Below, one piece after another: positions 17,980-27,116 of a stretch of 64,000 nt of DNA (the stretch's first letter is position 1; the number at the start of each line of letters is the position of its first letter). The DNA comes from Nitrobacter sp. (GTDB lineage: Bacteria > Pseudomonadota > Alphaproteobacteria > Rhizobiales > Xanthobacteraceae): NCBI RefSeq assembly GCF_047149785.1, contig NZ_BAAGBE010000001.1, positions 375,464 to 439,463 on the forward strand, in the 5' to 3' direction. The translations under genes and the position numbers were made by a program. The notes under the pieces are model-generated. The model searched no databases. It worked only from the letters and a program-made list of their open reading frames with translations, and was not told where the DNA came from.

Positions 17980-18957
17980 TTACGCCCCGAGAAACGCTTC
18001 CAGCCTTACGAACAGCGGGTTTTCTCGATCGAACACATAGTCCAGCGACGCGATCGACACCGTTGCCGCGCCGTGCTGACGCAGAAAACTGGCCAGTGCA
18101 TAAAGCCGGTCCGGCGGGCAGTGCAGCGTGATCATCCCCGACGACGTCGGCCCGCCGAACGGCAAGACCGCGCCGAAGCGATCCTGCGCCTCGGTGAGCA
18201 GCGCCGTATCGCAGCCTGTGAACCGGGTCCGCACCTCGCGATACTGGCTGGCGCGGGCGCGCGCGGCGATGTGGTCGAGAATGATCCGCGCGGTCTCGCG
18301 CGCGCCGTTCGACCAGTCGGCGTCGCGCGAGGCGACCAGGTTGGCCTGGCTGCGCAGGATGACGCCGTCGTCCAGCACCTTCAGGCCATTGGCGGCGAGC
18401 GTCGCTCCGGTCGTCGTGATATCGACGATCATCTCGGCGGTGCCGACGGCGGGGGCGCCTTCCGTGGCGCCCGCGCTCTCGACGATGCGGTAATCGACCA
18501 CGCCGTGCGAGGCGAAGAACGCGCGGGTGAGGTTGATGTATTTGGTCGCGACCCGCATCCGCCGGTTGTGCTGCGCGCGAAATCCGGTGGTCACGTCGTC
18601 GAGGTCGGCCATCGTGCGCACGTCGATCCACGACTGCGGCACCGCGACCACGACGTTGGCGCTGCCGAAGCCGAGACCGTTGATCAGCGCCACGCGCTTG
18701 TCGGCATCAATGATGCTTTCGCGGATCAGGTCTTCGCCGGTGACGCCGAGATGCACCGAGCCGCGCGCGAGTTGCGCGGCGATCTCGCTCGCCGAGAGAT
18801 AGGCGATCTCGACGTTGTCGAGCTGGACGATGGTGCCGCGATAGTCGCGCACCCCGCCCGGTTTCGCCAGCGTCAGCCCGGCGCGGGCAAAGAAGGCTTC
18901 GGCGTTTTCCTGCAGGCGGCCCTTCGACGGCACCGCCAGAACGAGGGGGGCGGTCAT
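17980..18957 (-). CDS. hisG: ATP phosphoribosyltransferase HisG (325 aa, with C-terminal extension)
   Basis: In-frame ATG at 18957 ([17 protein letters not shown]...). Contains '[16 protein letters not shown]'. The start overlaps the hisZ stop (ATGA). Confidence 0.93.
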   Translation of the reverse strand: MTAPLVLAVPSKGRLQENAEAFFARAGLTLAKPGGVRDYRGTIVQLDNVEIAYLSASEIAAQLARGSVHLGVTGEDLIRESIIDADKRVALINGLGFGSANVVVAVPQSWIDVRTMADLDDVTTGFRAQHNRRMRVATKYINLTRAFFASHGVVDYRIVESAGATEGAPAVGTAEMIVDITTTGATLAANGLKVLDDGVILRSQANLVASRDADWSNGARETARIILDHIAARARASQYREVRTRFTGCDTALLTEAQDRFGAVLPFGGPTSSGMITLHCPPDRLYALASFLRQHGAATVSIASLDYVFDRENPLFVRLEAFLGA

Positions 18958-20150
18958 AACGCGCTCCCGCTGGCCCGGCGCGCTGAGGTCTCGCCCGCGC
19001 AACGCGTCAACGCCTCGATCCAGATCGAGAAGCCGACCGCGGGGATCGGCGCAGATGCGCCCAGTTGCGTCATCAAGCCGTCGTAACGGCCGCCGGCAAT
19101 CAGCGGTTCGTCGCCGTTGCCCTTGCGCTGCAGTTCGAACTCGAAGCCCGTATAGTAGTCGACGCCGCGTCCGAACGAGGTGGCGAAGCTGATGCCGCCG
19201 GCCTCGACGCCGCGCGCGGCCATAAAGCCGGTGCGGCTTTCGACCTGATCGATCGCGGCGTGGATGTCGAGCCCGGCGTCGGCGGCGAGCGCGCGCAACT
19301 GTCTGATCGCATCGTCCGGATTGCCGGATATCGACAGGAAGCGCTTGATGATGGTCAGCGCGTCGCGCGGCAACGCGCCGCTCTTCAGCGTGGATTGTTC
19401 GAGAAAGCGGTCGGCGATCTCGTCGATGGTGCGGCCGCCGACGTTGGTTGCGCCCGCGATCGACATCATGTCGGTCACCAGCGCCAACGCCGCCTTGCGG
19501 TCCGATCCCGCCAGCGCCGCCAGCACGCCTTCGTATTCGTTGTGGCCCGGGCCGGTCGCAAGCGTCAGCCGCTCGATATCCTGCGCAAGGTTGATCCTGC
19601 GATTGAAGTCCTTCATCAGCCGCCGCCGCCAGACCGGATAAAGGTCGAGCGCATCGATCAGAGCGGTGAACAGCGCGACGTCGCCGGTGCGGATTTCCAC
19701 ATCGGTGATGCCGAAAGCCGCGGCGGCTTCCAGACCGAGCGCGAGCATCTCGGCGTCGGCGGCGGCGCGATCCTGCCGGCCGAACGATTCGATTCCGGCT
19801 TGCAGGAACTCGCTCGGCCGCCCCGCGCGATAGCGGAACACAGGCCCGAGATAGCAGTACCCGGCCGGCTGGCCGGCCTTGCCGGAGGCGAGATAGTCCC
19901 GCGCCACCGGGATGGTCAGGTCGGGACGCAGGCAGAGTTCCTCGCCGCCCGCGTCCGAGGTCAGATAGAGGCTTTTGCGGATGTCCTCGCCTGACAGGTC
20001 CAGAAACGGCTCGGCCGGCTGCAGGATCGCGGGCTCCGCCTTGACGTAGCCGGCCTGGGCGAATGACGACAACAGCCCGTCCGCCCAGGGGGGCGATCGG
20101 GTTGCAGGACTTTCCGCGCTGCGGCTCATATCGAAGGCCATGGATTCCAA
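18954..20150 (-). CDS. hisZ: ATP phosphoribosyltransferase regulatory subunit HisZ
   Basis: 398-aa ORF with a HisRS-like catalytic core and no anticodon-binding domain ('[15 protein letters not shown]', 'YLGPVFRY', 'GGRYDGL'). The start could be any of three nearby ATGs. Confidence 0.9.
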   Translation of the reverse strand: MESMAFDMSRSAESPATRSPPWADGLLSSFAQAGYVKAEPAILQPAEPFLDLSGEDIRKSLYLTSDAGGEELCLRPDLTIPVARDYLASGKAGQPAGYCYLGPVFRYRAGRPSEFLQAGIESFGRQDRAAADAEMLALGLEAAAAFGITDVEIRTGDVALFTALIDALDLYPVWRRRLMKDFNRRINLAQDIERLTLATGPGHNEYEGVLAALAGSDRKAALALVTDMMSIAGATNVGGRTIDEIADRFLEQSTLKSGALPRDALTIIKRFLSISGNPDDAIRQLRALAADAGLDIHAAIDQVESRTGFMAARGVEAGGISFATSFGRGVDYYTGFEFELQRKGNGDEPLIAGGRYDGLMTQLGASAPIPAVGFSIWIEALTRCAGETSARRASGSAL

Positions 20151-20240
20151 GGTGTTTTCAGTCGATTTCGAGGCGAGGCTCCAGGAGGCAAGGCTCTAGC
20201 ATGGCCGTTTGACGGTTTCGACCACGATCGGGGAAGTGGC

Positions 20241-21008
20241 TTAACGAGTTGGCTGTTTTTCGGGCTGCGTCCAGTCGCCAAGCTCCGCCTGGACCAGGGC
20301 AAGGGCGGCGACCGCCGCGGTATCGGCGCGCAGGATCCGCGGCCCCAGCGACAGCCGCAGGGTATTGGGCTGCTTAAGCAGGTTTGCCCGCTCGTCCTCG
20401 GCGAAGCCGCCTTCGGGCCCGACCAGGACGTCGATGCCGCGCGTGATGCCGCGCACGGGCTCCAGCGCCGCCACAGGATTTACCGCCGAGGCGGCCTCGT
20501 CGCAGAATACCAGCAGGCGCTCGGCAGCGCGCGCGCTCAGCCAGCGGTCCAGCGTCACCGGGTCCTCGACTTCGGCCAGGCTGAGAATGCCGCATTGCTC
20601 GGCGGCCTCGATGACGTTGGCGCGCATCCGTTCGCTGTTGACTCGCGCCACCTGGGTGAAGCGGGTCAGCACCGGCTGCAGCTTGCAAACCCCCATTTCC
20701 ACCGCCTTCTGGATCATGTAGTCGAGCCGGGCGTGTTTCAGCGGCGCGAAGACGTAGTGCAGGTCGGGCAGGCGATCCTGAGCCCGGGTCGCGGCGACGA
20801 TATCCAAATGTTCCGGGCGCTTGCGACCGGCAATCGCCGCTTGCCACTCGCCGTCGCGGCCGTTGAAGACCAGCACCTTCGCTCCCGTCCCAAGGCGCAG
20901 GACATTGCCGAGATAATTGCCTTGGTTGCGGTCGAGCGGAACCCTGCCGCCGGCGGCGAGCGGCGCGTCGAGATAGAGCCGGGGACTGCGAAAGTCCGTG
21001 TCGGGCAT
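20241..21008 (-). CDS. rsmE: 16S rRNA (uracil1498-N3)-methyltransferase RsmE
   Basis: 255-aa ORF with the N-terminal 'PRLYLDAPL' PUA-like region and the C-terminal SPOUT motif 'VLVGPEGGFAEDE...LSLGPRILRADTAA'. Confidence 0.9.
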   Translation of the reverse strand: MPDTDFRSPRLYLDAPLAAGGRVPLDRNQGNYLGNVLRLGTGAKVLVFNGRDGEWQAAIAGRKRPEHLDIVAATRAQDRLPDLHYVFAPLKHARLDYMIQKAVEMGVCKLQPVLTRFTQVARVNSERMRANVIEAAEQCGILSLAEVEDPVTLDRWLSARAAERLLVFCDEAASAVNPVAALEPVRGITRGIDVLVGPEGGFAEDERANLLKQPNTLRLSLGPRILRADTAAVAALALVQAELGDWTQPEKQPTR

Positions 21009-21035
21009 GGGAAGGACATCCTGCGAAACCGCTTC

Positions 21036-21130
21036 TAGAGCATGATGCCGAAAAGTGGAAACCGGGTTTCGTCATGCTCGATCAAGAGGATAAGCCAAAG
21101 TCCGATTCAACGCAGTTGAGAATCGGACCC
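21036..21130. repeat. Two-hairpin interspersed repeat (variant related to family B)
   Basis: tagagcatgatgccgaaaagtggaaaccgggtttcgtcatgctc forms an 8-bp stem (gagcatga/tcatgctc). gtccgattc-aacgcagttga-gaatcggac forms a 9-bp stem. It shares the 'tagagc...aaagtgg' head with family B. Confidence 0.6.
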
Positions 21131-21303
21131 TGGTCGAACACGATCGGGTCTCAAACCGTGCCCGGCAAGAACCAGGCCTGAAATTTGCGGTTTTTCCGGA
21201 AAAGATACGGCGCGGCCATGCGTCGCGCTCTTGCCCGATTCGTCGGGTTGTTAGGAATCGGCGGCGATCGTAAAATCGGAATCGTGGAAGCCCGTTCGTC
21301 GCG

Positions 21304-22104
21304 ATGTCGCGGATCGTTGCCCGCTGGAGGAATGCTGTGATCGTCCCACGCCTGATTGTTCCATTGACGCTTGTGGTGTTTGCCATCGGCGCCTCGGACG
21401 CGCTGGGGCAGACCCCGTTCCCGGCGCCATTGCCCAACGGGGCGGTCGGAACGGTTAATGATCCGGCGTTTCCGCCGGTGCGAGGATCGGTGGGCACTCC
21501 CAACGATCCCGCCTTTCCGCCGGTCAACGGCGCGGCTGCGAAGCGGACCGCTACGTCGCGCCAGGATCCCGCGTTCCCGCCCGTTAACGGGACGACGTCG
21601 GCGACCATCGGCACGCCCGCTGCATTTCCTTCCGGCGGCGCGACTCCGCTGGGTGGGTTCGGGGGGCCACCTCCGCAACAGGCGGGCCCGCCCGGTGGCG
21701 CAGAGTGCATGAAGGAGTTCGCCCCCCTGCGCGAGGCGACGGAAAAACGCGGCAAGCTGATCCAGGCCGCAAGCGCTCGTCATGCGCCGCCGGACGAAGC
21801 CTGCAAACTGATCGCGCAATATTCGCAGGCCGAAGCCAAAATGGTCAGATTCGTCGATACGAATTCCCGGAAATGCGGGATTCCCGCCAATGTCGGGCAG
21901 CAGATGCACGCCAACCACAAGGCGACTGAGGCCATGCATCAGAAGGTTTGCGATGTGGCCAGGCAGGCAAAGATGCGCGGCCCCGCAGGCCCGAGCCTGA
22001 GCGAGGCTTTGGGGTCGGCCGGCGCGGGATTCCCGGAAGCGACCACGCCGAGGAAGGGCGGCAGCACCTTCGATACCCTGAGCGGCAACGTTCTCACCCG
22101 ATGA
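21304..22104 (+). CDS. Secreted protein of unknown function with NDPAFPPV repeats and a 4-Cys C-terminal domain
   Basis: 266-aa ORF with a signal peptide (LIVPLTLVVFAIGASDALGQ). Three copies of '(N/Q)DPAFPPV(R/N)G', then a 4-Cys domain (ECMKEF, EACKLI, RKCGIP, KVCDVA). Confidence 0.65.
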   Translation: MSRIVARWRNAVIVPRLIVPLTLVVFAIGASDALGQTPFPAPLPNGAVGTVNDPAFPPVRGSVGTPNDPAFPPVNGAAAKRTATSRQDPAFPPVNGTTSATIGTPAAFPSGGATPLGGFGGPPPQQAGPPGGAECMKEFAPLREATEKRGKLIQAASARHAPPDEACKLIAQYSQAEAKMVRFVDTNSRKCGIPANVGQQMHANHKATEAMHQKVCDVARQAKMRGPAGPSLSEALGSAGAGFPEATTPRKGGSTFDTLSGNVLTR

Positions 22105-22114
22105 CGAACTTTCG

Positions 22115-23050
22115 ATGAGCGATGCGATGGCACGCGTCGCCGACTCGGCCGGCAACTGGGTCGACAGTCGCGCTCCGCTATGGGCGCGGCCCTATCTCAG
22201 GCTCTCGCGGCTCGACCGGCCGATCGGGTCCTGGCTGCTGCTGCTGCCGTGCTGGTGGTCGGCCGCGCTGGCCGCGGGCGTCGCCCATGACGCGCGCAGG
22301 CTGCCTCTGGCCATCGTGCTGTTTTTCATCGGCGCGTTCGCGATGCGGGGCGCCGGCTGCACCTGGAACGACATCACCGACCGCGATCTCGACGCGCGCG
22401 TGGAGCGGACGCGATCGCGCCCGATTCCGGCGGGGCAGGTGACAGTCGCGCAGTCCGCGATATTCCTCGTGGCGCAGGCGCTGGTCGGGCTGGTCGTGCT
22501 GCTGCAGTTCAACCGCTTCGCCATCGCGACAGGAATCGCCTCGCTCATTGTCGTCGCGGTCTATCCTTTCATGAAGCGCATCACCTACTGGCCGCAGGTG
22601 GTGCTCGGCCTCGCTTTTTCGTGGGGCGCGCTGATGGGTTTCGCGGTGCTGCTGGGCCGTATCGATGCGGCCGCGCTGGCGCTTTATGCGGGGTCGATCG
22701 CATGGGTGATCGGCTATGACACGATCTACGCGCATCAGGACGCGGAAGACGACGCGCTGATCGGCATCAAGTCCACGGCGCTTCTGTTCGGCGGGCGCAC
22801 GCGTCCGGCGCTTGCGGTCTTCTACGGGCTGGCCGTCGTTCTGATCGGCGTCGCGCTGGATCTGGCCGCCGCGCGATGGCCGGCATGGATCGGCCTTGCG
22901 GCTTTTGCCGCGCATCTCGCCTGGCAGGTGGTGCGAATCGACATCGGCGATTCCCGCCTCTGCCTGCGGATTTTCAAATCCAACCGCGACGCCGGGCTGT
23001 TGTTGTTCGCGGGTCTATTGGGTAGCGCGCTGCTTGCGGCGGTGGCCTGA
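22115..23050 (+). CDS. ubiA: 4-hydroxybenzoate polyprenyltransferase UbiA
   Basis: 311-aa polytopic membrane ORF with the UbiA motifs 'NDITDRDLDARVERTRSRP' and 'YAHQDAEDD'. Confidence 0.92.
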   Translation: MSDAMARVADSAGNWVDSRAPLWARPYLRLSRLDRPIGSWLLLLPCWWSAALAAGVAHDARRLPLAIVLFFIGAFAMRGAGCTWNDITDRDLDARVERTRSRPIPAGQVTVAQSAIFLVAQALVGLVVLLQFNRFAIATGIASLIVVAVYPFMKRITYWPQVVLGLAFSWGALMGFAVLLGRIDAAALALYAGSIAWVIGYDTIYAHQDAEDDALIGIKSTALLFGGRTRPALAVFYGLAVVLIGVALDLAAARWPAWIGLAAFAAHLAWQVVRIDIGDSRLCLRIFKSNRDAGLLLFAGLLGSALLAAVA

Positions 23051-23093
23051 CTGAAAGCGGTTTGCGTTTCGATGGAAAACACATGATCCGTCT

Positions 23094-23615
23094 CTAGCTC
23101 CGCGCGATGATCTCGCGCTCTCCCCGATAGACGGCCGCCGGGTTGAGCAGATCGCCGCTGCGCCGCCGCATCAGGAAGCTGGGACGCCGTGCATTGATGG
23201 CGTTGCTCCGTCGCCGGCGTGGCGCCGGGTCGCGCCTGTTGTCGGCAAGTTGCGGAAGCGCGAACACCTCGCTCCAGACTTGCGACGCGGCGTCGCGCTC
23301 AACGGCGTCCTCGGTCACGAGAAGGGGAATGGTGAGCGACGGATCGCGATGAAGCAGAACAAGCGCCCGCCCGTCGGCGGTGTCGCGCACGCCGACGCCG
23401 ATGAATTCGCTGATGCGCATATTGATCGTCATCTTCATGCCGTGTACGGCGCGTCGCAGCGTCACGCGCTCGCGGTCAAGTTCGATCTGCCGAACGCCGC
23501 CGTCGGCTCGGCTGTCGCGCGCAGCAAAACTGACGGGCAGCGAGAGAGGGTCGAGCCGCAAGTCGCGGCTCGACCCGGGCGGATTGATTCCGCCTGTTGC
23601 TGTTTGACGCCTCAC
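23094..23615 (-). CDS. Conserved hypothetical protein (DUF6101-like)
   Basis: 173-aa ORF with ordinary composition. I recall homologues next to ubiA in related alphaproteobacteria. The family name is tentative. Confidence 0.55.
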   Translation of the reverse strand: MRRQTATGGINPPGSSRDLRLDPLSLPVSFAARDSRADGGVRQIELDRERVTLRRAVHGMKMTINMRISEFIGVGVRDTADGRALVLLHRDPSLTIPLLVTEDAVERDAASQVWSEVFALPQLADNRRDPAPRRRRSNAINARRPSFLMRRRSGDLLNPAAVYRGEREIIARS

Positions 23616-23899
23616 GGCTTCAGTCTCCCCGCCGGGATTATGTTCCCGGTCGATGGGGCGATCATGCCGGAGCGAGGTCCGGATTCGCTTAAAAAGGCTG
23701 GTTAATCGAAGGTACCTCGCGTCTCACTCGCGCACATGATTGACAGACCCTTGGCCGACATGCTTGACGGGACCTTGCCGGGGGTGCGGATAATTGCGCG
23801 TTTCCGTGGCAATGAATGCTTGAAGTCCGCGTAAAATAAGCACATCTCATGATGGCGTCCGCCGTGCGCCGCTCCGCTCGAATTCCCGGGATTTTGTTC

Positions 23900-25291
23900 G
23901 TGATCTCTTCACCAAACGCATCATTACCGAAATCCGCCGAATCCGAACTCTTCGATCAATCCGCGCTCAGTGAACTCGCCGAACGGCTGGTTGAGGCCGC
24001 GAAGCGCGCGGGCGCGGATGCCGCGGATGCGGTCGCGGTGCGCGGCGTCTCGCAAGGCGTCGAGGTTCGCGATGGCCGCGTCGAGGAATCGGAACGCTCG
24101 GAGAGCGACGACGTCGGGCTGCGCGTGCTGGTGGGACGGCGGCAGGCCACGGTCTCGACCAACGATGTCGGCGGCGACAATGTCGCGAAACTCGCCGAAC
24201 GCGCGGTGGCGATGGCGCGCGTCGCGCCCGACGATCAATATGTCGGGCTGGCCGATCCTGGATTGCTGGCGCGGAATTTTCCCGATCTCGACCTGCTCGA
24301 TCGGGTGACGCCATCGACTGCGGAACTCGAGCGTCGCGCGGTCGAGGCCGAGGCGGCGGCTCTTGCGGTCAAGGGCGTCACCAAATCCGGCGGCGCCTCG
24401 GCGTCGGCCGGCATCGCCGGCATGGTGCTGGCGACGAGCACCGGCTTCCGCGGATCATATCTTCGTTCGAGCCATGGCATCTCGATGATGGCGATCGTCG
24501 GCGACGGCACCGCCATGGAACGCGATTACGATTTTTCCTCCGCGCTTCATGGCTCCGATCTCATGTCTCCGGCCAGCATCGGCCGCAGCGCCGGTGAACG
24601 CACGGTGGCGCGCGCTGGTCCGCGCAAGGTCGCCACCTGCAAGGTGCCGGTGGTCTACGATCCGCGCGTCGCGGGATCGCTGGTCGGCCATGTCGTCGGC
24701 GCGGCGAACGGCGCTGCGGTCGCGCGCAAGACGAGTTTTTTGAAAGACCGGCTCGGACAACAGTTGTTCGCGAAAGGGATCCGGATCGTCGACGATCCGC
24801 TGCGCGTGCGCGGATTGCGCTCGCAATCCTTCGACGCCGAAGGCGTGGTGACGAAGAAACTGGCGGTGATCGACGACGGCGTGCTGACGTCGTGGCTGCT
24901 GGATTCGGCAACCGCGCGCGAACTCGGCCTGACGACGACCGGTCATGCTCATCGTGGCGTCTCGTCGTCGCCCTCGCCGGGACCTTACAATCTGCATCTC
25001 GAGGCGGGGCAGATGACGCCGCGTGAATTGATCGCCGACATCGAGCAGGGCTTCTACGTCACCGACCTGATCGGCTCCGGCGTCAATGGCGTGACCGGCG
25101 ACTACAGCCGCGGCGCGTCGGGATTCTGGATCGAGAACGGCGAGATCACCTATCCGGTGAGCGAGATCACCATCGCCGGACATCTGATCGAGATGTTCAA
25201 GTCGCTGACGCCCGCCAACGATCTCTCATTCCGCTACGCGACCAACGCGCCGACCGTGCGCATCGAAGGGCTGACGGTTGGCGGGCGCTAA
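23900..25291 (+). CDS. pmbA: TldD/PmbA-family metalloprotease PmbA (TldE)
   Basis: ORF 23849..25291. The in-frame GTG at 23900 gives an N-terminus of typical length. The PmbA_TldD C-terminal region 'GDYSRGASGFWIENGEITYPVSEITIAG' is present. Confidence 0.88.
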   Translation: MISSPNASLPKSAESELFDQSALSELAERLVEAAKRAGADAADAVAVRGVSQGVEVRDGRVEESERSESDDVGLRVLVGRRQATVSTNDVGGDNVAKLAERAVAMARVAPDDQYVGLADPGLLARNFPDLDLLDRVTPSTAELERRAVEAEAAALAVKGVTKSGGASASAGIAGMVLATSTGFRGSYLRSSHGISMMAIVGDGTAMERDYDFSSALHGSDLMSPASIGRSAGERTVARAGPRKVATCKVPVVYDPRVAGSLVGHVVGAANGAAVARKTSFLKDRLGQQLFAKGIRIVDDPLRVRGLRSQSFDAEGVVTKKLAVIDDGVLTSWLLDSATARELGLTTTGHAHRGVSSSPSPGPYNLHLEAGQMTPRELIADIEQGFYVTDLIGSGVNGVTGDYSRGASGFWIENGEITYPVSEITIAGHLIEMFKSLTPANDLSFRYATNAPTVRIEGLTVGGR

Positions 25292-26093
25292 CGCCGACAG
25301 CAGCGACGACCTTTTGGCGCGGGACCGCGCTTTGTTGATCGAGACGGTGCGCGAGGCGGGAGAACTGGCGCGCGCGATGTTCCGCACCAGACTGCGGACC
25401 TGGACCAAGGGTATCTCGTCGCCGGTGTCGGAGGCCGACATCGCCGTCAACGATCTCGTCGAAAACAAGTTGCGCGCGGCGACGCCGGACTACGGCTGGC
25501 TGTCCGAGGAAAGCGCCGACGATCGCGCGCGGCTCGGCAGGCGGCGGGTGTGGGTCGTCGATCCGATCGACGGCACGCGCGGCTATATCGCCGGCCACGA
25601 CGACTGGTGCGTCAGCGTCGCGCTGATCGAAAATGCCTCGCCGTTGCTCGCGGCCGTGTTCGCGCCGGCCACCGACGAGTTCTTCCTCGCCGCGCGCGGG
25701 CAGGGCACGACCTGCAACGGCATGCCGGTGCAGGCGGCGCCCGGCGACGATCTGGTTTTTTCGAAGATCGCGGGGCCGAAACCGCTTGTGGAAAAGCTCG
25801 ACCGGTCGCGGAAGGACGTCGTCCTTTATCCCAGGATCGGTTCGCTGGCGCTGCGGCTGTGCCGCGTCGCGAACGGCCGTATCGACGCGGCCTTTGCCGG
25901 CGGCCAGAGCCGCGACTGGGATATCGCCGCCGCCGATTTGATCGTGCATGAGGCGAATGGTAGGATGACGTCGCTCGGGGGCGAGCCGATCCTCTATAGT
26001 CGCGCCGAGGTGACGCACGACGTGCTGGTGGCGGCGGGGCGTCTTCGCCACGCGCGCATTCTCGCCCATTTTCGCGGGCAGCCGTTGTCATAA
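25278..26093 (+). CDS. Inositol monophosphatase family protein (CysQ/SuhB-like phosphatase)
   Basis: 271-aa ORF. Metal-binding motifs 'WLSEES' and 'VWVVDPIDGTRGY', and the C-terminal 'WDIAAADLIVHEANG'. The TTG start overlapping pmbA is uncertain. Confidence 0.85.
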   Translation: MAGANADSSDDLLARDRALLIETVREAGELARAMFRTRLRTWTKGISSPVSEADIAVNDLVENKLRAATPDYGWLSEESADDRARLGRRRVWVVDPIDGTRGYIAGHDDWCVSVALIENASPLLAAVFAPATDEFFLAARGQGTTCNGMPVQAAPGDDLVFSKIAGPKPLVEKLDRSRKDVVLYPRIGSLALRLCRVANGRIDAAFAGGQSRDWDIAAADLIVHEANGRMTSLGGEPILYSRAEVTHDVLVAAGRLRHARILAHFRGQPLS

Positions 26094-26148
26094 GGGCCGG
26101 CTGCCGACTTTCGTGGTATTTGCCTGATGGCGGCAAAATCGTAAGACA

Positions 26149-26403
26149 ATGCTCATGCCGGACGATCCGCCCCAGCAATTGCTCCATCTCGTGATCGGGG
26201 GCGAACTGGCCGATCTCGCGCAGACGACCTTCAAAAACCTCGATGAGGTCGAGATCGTCGGCCTGTACCCGAACTACGCATCGGCCTACGCCGCCTGGAA
26301 GGCGAAGGCGCAGCAGACGGTCGATAACGCCCATATGCGGTATTTCATCGTGCATCTCCATCGGCTGCTCGATCCTGATCAAGACGCGAAGCCCGCCCTT
26401 TGA
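26149..26403 (+). CDS. DUF4170 domain protein
   Basis: 84-aa ORF. 'LLHLVIGGELADL...IVGLYPNYASAYAAWKAKAQQTVDNAHMRYFIVHLHRLLDP' matches my recollection of the DUF4170 consensus. Confidence 0.75.
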   Translation: MLMPDDPPQQLLHLVIGGELADLAQTTFKNLDEVEIVGLYPNYASAYAAWKAKAQQTVDNAHMRYFIVHLHRLLDPDQDAKPAL

Positions 26404-27116
26404 GAAAGCTGCTCCGCAATCTGCTGCGCGCCCGCTGGTTTCAGCAGTTCGCAGGCCTCCTGGCCGCCGGTTTTCTCCGGCTGGTTTGGTCCACCAACAA
26501 GTTCAGCTATGATCCGGACGATGTCTACGACATCGTCGAGCCGCAGATGCCGGTCATCCTCGCGTTCTGGCACGGACAGCATTTCATGACGCCGTTTATC
26601 AAGCGGGCGCACCATCGCGGCAAGGTGCTGATCTCGCGCCATCGCGACGGCGAGTTCAATGCGCTGGCGGCGGAGCGGTTGGGCATCGAGACCATCCGCG
26701 GCTCCGGCGACCACGGCTCCGCGTTCAATCGCAAGGGCGGGGTCGGCGCCTTCAAGGAAATGGTTCGCGCGCTCGAAGAGAACTACAACGTGGCTCTCAC
26801 CGCCGATGTGCCGAAGCGCTCGCGCGTCGCGGGCCTTGGCGTCATCATGCTGGCGCGCGAGTCGGGGCGGATCATCATGCCGTTTGCGATGGCGACCAGC
26901 CGCTGCATCCGCCTGAACAATTGGGACCACACCACCATCAACCTGCCGTTCGGGCGCGGCGCCCTGGTCGGCGGCGAGCCGATCTCGGTTCCTGCCGACG
27001 CCGACGCCGAGATGATGGAGCGGCTCCGGGCGCGGCTGGAGGCGACGCTGAACGACGCCACGCGCCGTGCTTACGCCAGGATCGGCCGGCCTGATCTCGA
27101 GGCGGGTCATGTCTAA
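26400..27116 (+). CDS. DUF374 / lysophospholipid acyltransferase-like protein upstream of waaA
   Basis: 238-aa ORF with a TTG start overlapping the preceding stop. Motifs 'FWHGQHFM' and 'ISRHRDGE'. Its position directly before waaA is conserved in proteobacteria. Confidence 0.75.
   Translation: MRKLLRNLLRARWFQQFAGLLAAGFLRLVWSTNKFSYDPDDVYDIVEPQMPVILAFWHGQHFMTPFIKRAHHRGKVLISRHRDGEFNALAAERLGIETIRGSGDHGSAFNRKGGVGAFKEMVRALEENYNVALTADVPKRSRVAGLGVIMLARESGRIIMPFAMATSRCIRLNNWDHTTINLPFGRGALVGGEPISVPADADAEMMERLRARLEATLNDATRRAYARIGRPDLEAGHV

Noticed and set aside
17903-18631. N-terminal extension of the GT2 ORF (588-aa version)
   Set aside because: It overlaps hisG in a different frame and is Arg/Pro/Asp-rich. 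The GT2 domain begins right after the ATG at 17902.
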